Made by a program: the position numbers and the translations under genes
Part shown: positions 1 to 11,565 of the stretch, in pieces
Numbering within the stretch: position 1 is the first letter of the stretch
Layout: the number at the start of each line of letters is the position of its first letter
The notes under the pieces: generated by a model
Databases searched by the model: none
What the model saw: only the letters and a program-made list of their open reading frames with translations
Told to the model about the DNA's origin: nothing
NCBI RefSeq assembly: GCF_009914755.1
Contig: NC_060930.1
Length of the DNA stretch: 64,000 nucleotides
Strand: one strand, 5' to 3'
Source: the human T2T-CHM13v2.0 reference genome, Homo sapiens

Positions 1-956
1 GTGGCTAAAAACAGACTTATCAATCATAATCTTACTGTCTCAGAACATGTGGCTTTGGAGCCAGACAGACTTTTAAGAATATATTTAAAAAGTCACCCCC
101 ATCTCAATGGCACTATCTTAACTGATAAAATATAGAAGATAATAAAAATAAGGTTTATACATTCTTTAGACAATGATAGTTTCTTATACTTGAGCTATTA
201 ATGACAAGCAATGTTTTCTTATAGTAAATAATGTTTACAATTTAATTCAGTTCCATAGAGAACTAAAAGGAAATGTTATCACTTAAACCTAATTCTGAAG
301 TTGGATAAATAATAAAAAGATATAAAATGGAAAAGACAGGAAGGGGAAGGAATCTAACCAAAAGAGAAGTCTTTAATCACACTTGGGACTGTGTTCTAGA
401 ATCTGTTCAACTGGAAGATGATTATTTTTATTTTTATTCTTTTTAAATGTTGATTAAGCTATTTATCTTTAAACATTCATAGAAAAATACCATAATTTAA
501 CTCTAAAAAGTTGGTGCTGTTCTAGAAACTACAATCCTTGAACTTACTCTTTTTGTGTAAAATTTTAACCATTCTATTACATAGTGCAAGGTTTTTATAT
601 TTACTTGAGGTAAAGCTGTTTAGTTACTTAAGTCCATGTTTGATCGTTTAAAATTACATTTTAAATTGTGAAATTTTAAGTTATTTTAACTTGCCACATA
701 GAACAGGGTTCTACTTCTACTTCTATTAATGTCTTACCAGCATTAATTTGACTTCTTTCACAGTTTACCACTTACCCGTGTTTATGAGTACTACATTATA
801 CCTAAGATAATATATTTGAAATATGTTTTGAAATCTTACATATAATTCGAGGTTAGAGGGGCAAAATAAATGAAAAGCATTTCTTATAGCGTGTTTATTT
901 TTAGAAAGAAATACTTGTTTTAAAAAGTAAAGTTGTTTTTGAGCTATAAGCATTGA

Positions 957-1064
<108 letters not shown>

Positions 1065-1400
1065 TAGTGTATCCATTAAATGTGAAAACTGTTACTTTTG
1101 AAAAGCAAAATTTTAGAAAATTTTTCCTGTTCAGCAACCTTCCTCTCTAGAATTGCTTCAAACTTTGGCATTCTTAAATGAATTCATTAAGAAGATGTTT
1201 GCTTATTTTCATTTACATGCTTGGGGTTGGGAAGGATGCAAAGATGTAATATTCTTAGCTTTTTAAAAGTAATATGCACGAGCTTAGGAAACACTATGTA
1301 CTCCCAACCAATAATAGCAAGTCTTGGTTAAAAAACAATTACTAAGTACAAAAATTTGTATCATTTAAAACTTTAGACAAATGATAAGGAAGATACCTTA

Positions 1401-1410
1401 GGGAAGTTCC
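1401..1410 (+). promoter_or_regulatory. NF-kB consensus site GGGAAGTTCC upstream of SUMO4
   Basis: Exact match to GGGRNNYYCC, ~660 bp upstream of the SUMO4 retrocopy 5' end; function not shown. Confidence 0.4.
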
Positions 1411-2068
1411 CCCCCCCATGAATATTTAGTTTAATTTATATATAACTTTAAGTAATCAAAATACCCTAAATTCCAGGTGAATAGTTTTCTACCTTCTATC
1501 ATTTTACATCATTGATATTCTCAGAATATATGCACACCAAACTAAGACATTTCAAAGTATGTCTGTGTGTTTTGATCCAGGCATTAGAATGTGTGTAGAA
1601 ATGGAAACAGGTACATAAATATCACTGCTGAAGGTAAAAATATAGACATATTTACAGATTAACACTTAACCGTGGTATATAATTTACTTTCAACTCTAGT
1701 AAGAAAGTTAAAAGGTAAAAATGTGTTAATGGATACATAATATTAAAAGAAGAAAACTGCAAGAACACAAAAGTGTGGGAGGGTGGAGGTTGTAAAGATG
1801 CAGTAGTATTTTTGTATGCATTTGAAGTTAAGTTGTTATCAACTTAAAATAGAAGAGTATAACCAAATATAATCAAAGTAAATCACGATTAAACGTTGTC
1901 GAATAACAAGACAATAAGAGGAAAAGAGGAGCAAAACAGTTGTCAAATAGACAGGAAGCAACAAACTGCCAATAGTAAGTCCTCACTTATTAGTAATTAC
2001 CTTAACTGGAAATGGATTAAACTCACCACTCACAAGGAGTTGTATGAATGGATTTTAAAAACAGGATC

Positions 2069-3161
2069 TGGCAGCAGCCAATGGGAGGCCCCAACAGCTC
2101 GTGCTGGCGCACACAGCGGGAGGGGAGGGAGCCCAGGATGTGCACGCACCCTCTCCCTCATCCACCGCTGTCACCTCCTGCTGCTCTTCCTGCTGCTCGT
2201 GTACTCGTTAGGTGCGGACCCGCCACCTCTTTTGTGAAGCAGCAGCTGAGGAGACTCCGGTGTTCACCATGGCCAACGAAAAGCCCACAGAAGAAGTCAA
2301 GACTGAGAACAACAATCATATTAATTTGAAGGTGGCGGGACAGGATGGTTCTGTGGTGCAGTTTAAGATTAAGAGGCAGACACCACTTAGTAAACTAATG
2401 AAAGCCTATTGTGAACCACGGGGATTGTCAATGAAGCAGATCAGATTCCGATTTGGTGGGCAACCAATCAGTGGAACAGACAAACCTGCACAGTTGGAAA
2501 TGGAAGATGAAGATACAATTGATGTGTTTCAACAGCCTACGGGAGGTGTCTACTGAAAAGGGAACCTGCTTCTTTACTCCAGAACGCTGTTCTTTAAAGA
2601 CCAAGATTACTGCATTCTCAATTAGAAAACTGCAATTTGGTTCCACCACATTCTGACTACTACAGTATAGTTTTCTCTATTCTTTTGTTTCCCCCTTCCA
2701 CATTCCTTTATTATACATGAAGTAACTGGTATGTGTACACAAGCATATTGCTTTTTTCTTCAAACCAAACAGCCAATGGTGTGTTTTGATTGACATCAAG
2801 TGGAGACAGGATGGGAAAAAATACTGATTCTGTGAAAATACCCCCTTTATCCATTAGTGGCATGTTCATTCAGGTCTTATCTTTATATTCTAGTAAGTTA
2901 TTTTGCTCTCACTGTTTTAACAACAACAACAAAAAATTCTCACATACCTTGTTCAATTGGAGGATTTTCATGTTTTTCATTTATCATTGTAAAACCAAGG
3001 ACAATTTTATAACTTTTGTGTACATAGCTGTTACATGTAGGGCAATCTGTCTTTAAGTAGGGATAAATTACTCTAAAAAAAAAAGAAAGAATCCTAGAAA
3101 GTTTTTCCTTCAAGTCAGGCTTCTTATTTAAATAAACTTTTTGTTTAAAATGAAATAAAAA
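2069..3161 (+). mobile_element. SUMO4: Processed SUMO2 mRNA retrocopy (SUMO4 locus) with 5' leader, CDS, 3'UTR, AATAAA 3131-3136 and decayed A-tail
   Basis: TSD TAAAAACAGGATC at 2056-2068 and 3162-3174; L1 EN site TTTT/AA at 5' junction; no introns. Confidence 0.92.
2269..2556 (+). CDS. SUMO4: Small ubiquitin-like modifier 4, 95 aa, Met55, Pro90, C-terminal QQPTGGVY
   Basis: Intact [18 protein letters not shown]...TGGVY, Kozak accATGg; SUMO2-like with the SUMO4-diagnostic P90 (CCT 2536-2538). Confidence 0.97.
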   Translation: MANEKPTEEVKTENNNHINLKVAGQDGSVVQFKIKRQTPLSKLMKAYCEPRGLSMKQIRFRFGGQPISGTDKPAQLEMEDEDTIDVFQQPTGGVY

Positions 3162-4829
3162 TAAAAACAGGATCCAATAATATACTATCTACAAGAGACT
3201 CATTTTATATTTAAAGACACACATAGGCAGAAAGTGAAGGGATGGAAAAAGATTTTATATAAATGGTAGCTAAAAGAAATCAAAAGTGGCTATAATTATA
3301 TCAGAAACAATAGATTTTTAAGTCTAAAACTTGAGACAAAGATTATTATGTAATGGTAAAAGGATCAATTCCACAGAAAAATATAAAAATTATAAATATA
3401 TACACACCCCACATCAGACTACATTAATATGTAAAGCAAATAATGACAGTTCTGACGACAGAAATTGACAGCAATAGTAGGAGACTTCAATACCCCCCTT
3501 ACAATAATAGAATATCCAGGCAGAAAATGAATAAAGAAACAGCTGATTTGAACAAGCACACATGGAACATTCTGTAGGATAGATCATATGTTAGTTCACA
3601 AAACGAGTTTAAACAAACCTAAGAAGATAGAAATCATTCCACGTATTTTTTCTAACCACAGTGGAATAAAACTAGAAATCAGTAACAGCAAGAAAACCAT
3701 AAAATTTGTGGAAATTTAAACACAGTCTTGAATAATCATTGAGTCAAGAAGGAAATCAAAAGGGAATCTTAACAGTATCTTCAGACAAAAAGGAAAACAT
3801 AGCATACTAGAACCTATGGGATGAAGCAAAGGCAGTACTAAGAGAGAAGTTTCTAGAGATAAACAATACTACATTAAAAAAAAAAAAAGAAAGATCTCAA
3901 TTATACCTCAGGGAACCAGTAGAAGAACAACAAGCTAAGCCTAATGTTAGCATAATGAAGAAAATAATAAGAATTAGAGCAAAAATAGAGAATTTAGAAA
4001 CAACAGAAAAAGAAATAGTAAAACTAAGAGGTTTTTTAAAAAATCAACAAGATTGACAAACCCTTAGCTAGATAAATTGAGAAAAAAAGGAGACAAAATC
4101 AGAAATGAAAATGAAGACAACAGATGCCTCAGAAATAAAAGGATCATAAGGGAATATTAGGAACAATTTTATGCCAACAGACTAGATAACCTAGAAAAAA
4201 ATTGATACATTCCTATCCAAAAAATATCCAAAAAAAATTGATATCACCTATTAAAGCTGAATCAAGAAGAATTAGAAAGACTGAGTAGGCCAATAACAAA
4301 TAAGGAGATTGAATCAGTAATCAAAAATCTCCCAACAAATATCCAGCATGGATTTAGAAATTTAAAAAAAAATTCCCAACAAAGAAAAGTCCAGAACTGG
4401 ATGGCTTCATGAGTGAATTCTGTCAAACACTCAAACAAGAATTAATACCAACCCATCTTAAGCTCTTCCAAAAATGAGAAGGGGGAACACTTCCAAACTC
4501 ATTCTGAGGCCAGCCTCACCCTGGTACCAAAACCAGACAAAGACACTACAACTAAAGAAAACTACAGACCAATATTACTGATGAACATAGACGCAAAAAG
4601 TCCTCAGTAAAATACTGGCAAACCAAACTGAGCACATTAAAAGGACCATACGCCATGACCAAGTGGGGTTTATCTCTGGGACTTAAGGATGGTTCAACAT
4701 ACACAAATCAGTTAATGTGATACAGCACACACATTGAAGTAAAATGAAAGGAATAACCATGTAGTCATCTTAATAGATGCTAAAAAGCATTTGAAAAAGT
4801 TCAGCATTTATTCATAATTAAAACTCTCA

Positions 4830-5125
<296 letters not shown>

Positions 5126-5155
<30 letters not shown>

Positions 5156-5185
5156 TATATACACACACACACACACATATATATA

Positions 5186-5226
<41 letters not shown>

Positions 5227-5236
5227 ATACACATAT
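5126..5236. repeat. (TA)n/(CA)n compound microsatellite grown from the Alu tail
   Basis: Visible dinucleotide runs. Confidence 0.95.
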
Positions 5237-5381
5237 AGAAGGAACTTAATAAAGGCCATATATAAAAACCCCATAGGTAATATAATCAATGGAGAAAACC
5301 GAAAGCTTTCCCACTAAGATCTGGCACAAGCAAGGGTGCCATTCTTGCCACTTATTTTCAACGTAGTACAGGAAGTTCTAA

Positions 5382-5822
5382 TGTAGTATCCATTTTTGTG
5401 TTGCTGTAAAGGAATACCTGAGGCTTGGTAATTTATAAAGAAAAAAGGTTTAATTGGCTCACAGTTCTGCAGAAAGCATGTCACCGATACCCACATGCTT
5501 TCTGTATAGGAAGCGTGTCACTGACATCTGCTTAGTTTCTGGAGAGGCTTCAGGGAACTTTTATTCATGGCAGAAAGTGAAGAAAGCAAGCAGAGGCATG
5601 TCATATGGTGAGCGAGACAGTGGGAGGTGCCACACCTTTTAAACAGCCAGATCTTTCATGAACTCAGAGCAATATCTCACTCATTATTGAGAAACCTGCA
5701 CCAAGGTATTCATGAAGGATCCATCCCCAGGACCCAGACACCTCCCACCAAGCCCCACTTCTAACACTGGGGATTACATTTCAATATAAGGTTTGGGGAG
5801 GACAAACATCCAAACTATATCA
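5382..5822. mobile_element. MaLR solo LTR (MSTB/MSTA-like) inserted in L1
   Basis: TG...CA ends, 'aaggaatacctgaggcttggtaatttataaagaaa' and 'gacaaacatccaaactatatca' MST hallmarks; L1 resumes at cctagccagagc. Confidence 0.85.
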
Positions 5823-8356
5823 CCTAGCCAGAGCAATTAGACAAGAAAAATAAAGGTATCCAAATCAGAAAGGAGGAAGTAAAATTATCTGTTTGCAGGC
5901 GACATGATCATATATGTTGAAAACCCTGAAGACTCCACCAAAAACTGTTAAAAGTAATAAATGAATTTAGTAAAATTGCAAGACACAAAAACAATGTACA
6001 AAAGTCAATTGTGTTTCTGTACACAAGGAACTATCAAAAAAGGAGATCAAGAAAACAATCCCATTCACAATAGCAAGAAGAAGAGTGCTTAGGAATACGC
6101 TGAAAATTATAAAACATTGATGAAGGAAATTAAAGAAGACACAGATAAATAGAAACGTAGCCTGTGTTTATGGATTGGAAGAATTAATATTATTAAAACA
6201 TCCTTACTACCCAAATTAGTCTACAGATTCAATGTAATCCCTGTCAAAATACCAGTGACATCCTTTACAGAAACAGAAAAAAATCTAAAATTATATGGAA
6301 CCAGAAAAGACCCTGAATAGCCAAAGCAATCTTGAGTAAGCAAAACAGAGCTGGAGACATCACATTCCCTGATTTTTAAAAATATTACAAAGTTATAGTA
6401 AAACAGTATGGTACTGACATAAAAACAGACATATTGACCAATGGAACAGAATAGAGAGCCCAGAAATAAATCCATGTGTCTGTGGTCAACTTATCTTTGA
6501 CAAGCGTGCCAAGAACACAATGGGGAAAGGGTAGTCTCTTCAGTAAATGGATATTCACATGCAGATGAATGAAATTGAACCATTACTTCACACTGTATAC
6601 AAAAATAAACTCAAAATGGATTAAAAATGTAAACATAAGACCTGAAACCATAAAACTCCTAGAAGAAAACATAGGTGAAAAGCTTCTTGACCTGGTCTGG
6701 GCAATGATAGTTTGGATATGACACCAAAAGCACAGGTAACAAAAGCAAAAATGGGCAAGTGGGATTACATTAAACTAAAATGCATCTACACGGCAAAGGA
6801 AATCATCAGCAGTGAAAAGGCATCCTTCAGAAAGGGAGAAAATATTCACAAACTATTTAACTCCTAAAGGGTTTATATTCAAAATGTATAAGGAACTCAT
6901 GCAAATCAATAGTAATAGAAACCAATAACCAGATTTTAAAATGGGCAAAGAACCAGAATAGACATTTCTCAAAAGAAAGTATACAGATAGCCAACAGGTA
7001 TATTGAAAGGTACTCACCCTCACTAATCATCAGGAAAATGCAAATTAAAACCCAGTGAGATACCACCTTACAAACTTATTGGAATGGTTACTGTGAGAAA
7101 GGTGAAAGATTATATGCATTGATGAGGACAAAGAGAAAAGAGAACGCTTGTACACTTTCATGGGAATGTAAGCTGGTGCAGCTATTATGAAAAACAGCAT
7201 GCAGGTTCAAAAACTTTAAAATTGTATGATCTCGCAATCGCACTACTGAGCATATATCCAAAGGAAATGCAGTAAGTATCTCAAAGAGATATCTGCACTC
7301 ATTTTCCTTTCAGTATTATTCACAATAGCCAAAATATGAAAACAACATAAATTTCTGTATATGGATAAAGAAAACGTGAGAGATACACACACACAGTGGA
7401 ATATTACTCAGCCTTAAGAAAGAAGGAAATCCTGTCATTTGTGATAACATGGGTGAACCTGGAGGATGTCTTGCTAAGTGACATAAGCCGGAGAAAGACA
7501 AATACTGCATTATCTCACCTATATGTAGAATTCAAAAATATCAAACTCCTGGAAACAGAGAGCAGAACGGTGGTTACCAGGGGCTGGGAGAAGAGGGTAT
7601 GGGAAGATTGTGGTCGAAGGGGTACAGAGTTTCAACTATATAAGATAAATAAACTCTGGAGATCTAGTGTACAACAATGTGACTGTAGTTAACAGTAGTT
7701 TATTATATAACTGAAATTTGCTAAAGGAGATCTTAAGTGTTCTCACCACGGTGGGGGGTGGGGAGATAAGCTATATGAGGTGTTGAATATGTTAATTAAC
7801 TTGATTGTAATAAGTTTTTCACAGTATATACATAAATCATCAAGTTGTACAGCTTATAATTTTTAACTGTCAGCTATACATCCATAAAGTTGTGGGGGAA
7901 ACAAAACAAAGACAGCAAAACAAGTTTTCATTCACACAAATTCTGGAAGTCAGCAAACACGTGGTGAATCAGGTCAGCACTCATAGTGTTACATCATCCT
8001 CACTAGTATGCTGCAATAAATACTCCAGACTTACAATTTGTTCCCCATATGTTTGTATTTTCAAATGTCTTCAGAGATAAAAATTATTTGTGTTACTTCT
8101 TCCTTCATAAGAAACATTAAGGTTTGTAGGACTAGGAAAGTATGAATTATGGATAGGAAAATGTACATTTTTCCTGTGAAGCTGAACAGGACACCCTAAA
8201 AAAATGTATGGTTACTGTCATTGAGAAATTCAGTGCCTTACGTAGGGGAGGAAAAGGAGAGGTTGAGAAAAACAAAATTAGGACATTTTATGAATCAGGC
8301 AGTTGTTCACATGTCTACATACTGGTAGGAATACCATGTTAAACTGGGTTTTAGAC

Positions 8357-8430
8357 AAGTGGCTGGCAAACAGTGACCCATGGACCAAATCCAGCCTGCC
8401 GTCTGTTTTTGTCAATAAAGTTTTATTGCA
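8357..8430 (+). mobile_element. hAT-Charlie MER58A-like fragment
   Basis: ggcaaac...ggaccaaatccagcctgccgtctgtttttgtcaataaagttttattg. Confidence 0.65.
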
Positions 8431-8547
8431 GGAAAAGAAAAAGAAATGGGAACAAGGAAGAACTAGTATATTACTGGTCTTTAGTTTGTTACAAGAATTT
8501 TCACATTCTCCTTTCACATTCTAATTTTTGTACTCTACTTCATTTTT

Positions 8548-8863
<316 letters not shown>

Positions 8864-10659
8864 TCCTTCATTTTTATGTATAATTAGGTGTAGCTCTGTC
8901 CTCATATTTTATTTAAATGTTTTTAAATATAGCTGGAATACAATGAAAAGTTATTACAGAGGATCAGAGTGAGATTAGGGCATTTGACACAGTAAGCAAA
9001 TGTTCAGAGACTAGATGCTATTTGGATGTTAATTGAATAAAGCAGTAGAGATGACAGCGGTATAAGCACTAACTCTAAAATATGCAAGATGTGTTTTTCA
9101 GACACTGAATGATTTTCCTTAGTATAATCTTCCTACCCTTTTTGAAAAATAAGAATTTTTTCTTATGAAAAGTTTCCTCTTTTGCTTCAACATAATCTGT
9201 TACTTCAGAATAATAATAATCTGTTATTTCACATAAGTGAAATAAAATTGGTCTTGACAGTTGTTGAAGTGGGATGAGTATATGAAGGTTCATTTTGCTG
9301 TCCTCTCTACTTTTATATATGTTTGAAATTTTCTGTAATAAGAAAGGTCCAATAAAAACATCCATTACTTAAAAGTTTTTACATGAAAGATAGAAGTTTG
9401 TATGCTGGCTGTTTTGGGAGAAATAAGGAATCAATAATTTTTTGCAATAAAGCTAAAATGCACATTAACTTCATGAATAGAAATTTAGTCCTTGAAGTCA
9501 GTTCTGCTTCATAATGTAGAGATTTTTTTAACAGCTAAAATTAAATGTGTTTAGACCATTGTTTGTGATCTAATTTCCTCTTTTTTCCAATTTTGGTTAT
9601 TTAGTTTCCGAACACCTCTAATTAAAAAAAAAAAAAATCATAATTCTAAGTTTACCAAGTGAGATTATAAGAAAACCACTGGAGATTTTTCATTTAAGAA
9701 AAATTTTATAGATCCCTTATTGATTGCCTTAGATATTACTTAAATAATCAAAAATTTGCTGGCATTTAATAATACATTGAAGTGTAAAAAGGGACTTCCT
9801 TATGGTCACTCTTCCTAAAATTTTAACCTTTGCAGTTAAACAGAATCAACAAGGTTTTACTAAAAACGTGTCAGGTGAAAATGTTTTCTAATGCCTGAGA
9901 CCAAAATTCTAGTAAGTAGGATGGATCCCCAGATTAAAACAATTATTCTATAAAATGTTTCCCAGATGTGGAATGTGAGATGATTTTACGTGATAAAAAG
10001 TCAAAGTTTTTTAAACTGTATTTCTTTTCAGTTGTTTCAGGGCATAGTAACTGGTATTGTCAGACCCTTGATTTTTTTAGATATTTTTACTTAGGATAAG
10101 ACTTAATTCGATGTTTGTTTTAAAATTATTCAGTTTGGGGAAAATACTGTATAAACACCATTCAAGTTGGTTGTGCATGTGGCAAAAATTGTGACAATGG
10201 AAAGCCAACACCTAAAGTTGAGGACTTAGCAAGAAAATTTCTGTACAATGAGTAAGAAAGGTGCTGCTAAAGGGGTACAAAGTACCAAATATCACTTAAT
10301 TATTTAAAATTTGTCATAAAATTTGACTTCTGTATTTTTATTTACTTGTTACAATAGTCTCTCTTTTAAAATAGAAAAGTTATCAGTAGGGTAGGTGGAA
10401 TTTGCATATTAATATACATTGTTTTAACATAGGTTTGATTCTTCAAATTAATAACCTTGACAGGAAAAATTCAACAATGCATGCTCCTTTTACTTTAAAC
10501 CTCCCAAAATTAATTTGTAGGAATACTGTTCTAATTTCATTATGGGACCCAAATTTTTTTAAGTAGTTTTATAAATGTAATCGCTTGTTAGAGATAACCT
10601 TTGAGGAATATAATTATTCTCTGTATTTAAGATACCACTATCCATATAAACATTCTAGA

Positions 10660-10838
10660 ACATTGGTCTCTTAGAGTTCCAGTGACCTTTATTTTATAAG
10701 TAAGAAACAAAGAGACCTAGAATGTATATGATTTATCTGAGATCACAGAGCAAAGTATTCAGGAATTAGTAGCAGAGCCTGGAACAGAACTCCATTCTCA
10801 CAACTCTCAATTCTAGTGTTCTTTCTACTTTACCATAC
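10660..10838 (-). mobile_element. MIR
   Basis: attttataagtaagaaac...gatcacagag...agtagcagagcctggaacagaactcc MIR core. Confidence 0.65.
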
Positions 10839-11385
10839 CAAATGTGGTTTTTAAAAATAAAGTATGGTAAAATTTTTACATAGATTTACTTCTCCAGAGT
10901 CTGTGGATAAGACGTTAGATACTAGTTTATATTTTATTTGTGTCATCCAAGGCTTACATTTTTGGCAGATGGAGAACATGAATTGACAAAAAAAACTGCC
11001 CTTTCTGGTAGAAAACGAATATAAATACTACTGCAGTGGGAAACGAAACTCTAATGAGACTTATGTACACTGACAGTATTGTTTTGCAGTAGGACAGCTT
11101 TTTACAATCTTGAGTGGTATTATGGGAATCTTTGCTATTAGATACCCTTTATTCTACTATAAATTGTAGGTAATGATGCTGTTTTCTCCTTTAAGGAGAT
11201 TGGAGGTGATTACATCATGTTCATGTTGTATTTCCCAGAGGGAGAAGTGCCAACTAGATAGAGGTTGGTAGTGATCGAGCATGTGTGTCAGTGTCAGCTA
11301 GATGCCCCATTTGGGGAGCAAGCTGCATCAGGCTGTGCACTACAAATGGTGTTTAAAGTTGCCTGTAATTTTTTAGACTTTGTGA

Positions 11386-11565
<180 letters not shown>

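Noticed and set aside
2212-2268. N-terminal extension of SUMO4 from GTG 2212
   Set aside because: Derived from the SUMO2 5'UTR; ATG 2269 has a strong Kozak context and matches the SUMO N-terminus
2828-2836. Roquin CDE-like TTCTGTGAA in the SUMO4 3'UTR
   Set aside because: Only a 3-bp stem; flanking bases do not pair
11180-11270. Acceptor-like sequences upstream of the TAB2 last exon
   Set aside because: No convincing matching donor; cannot be separated from background
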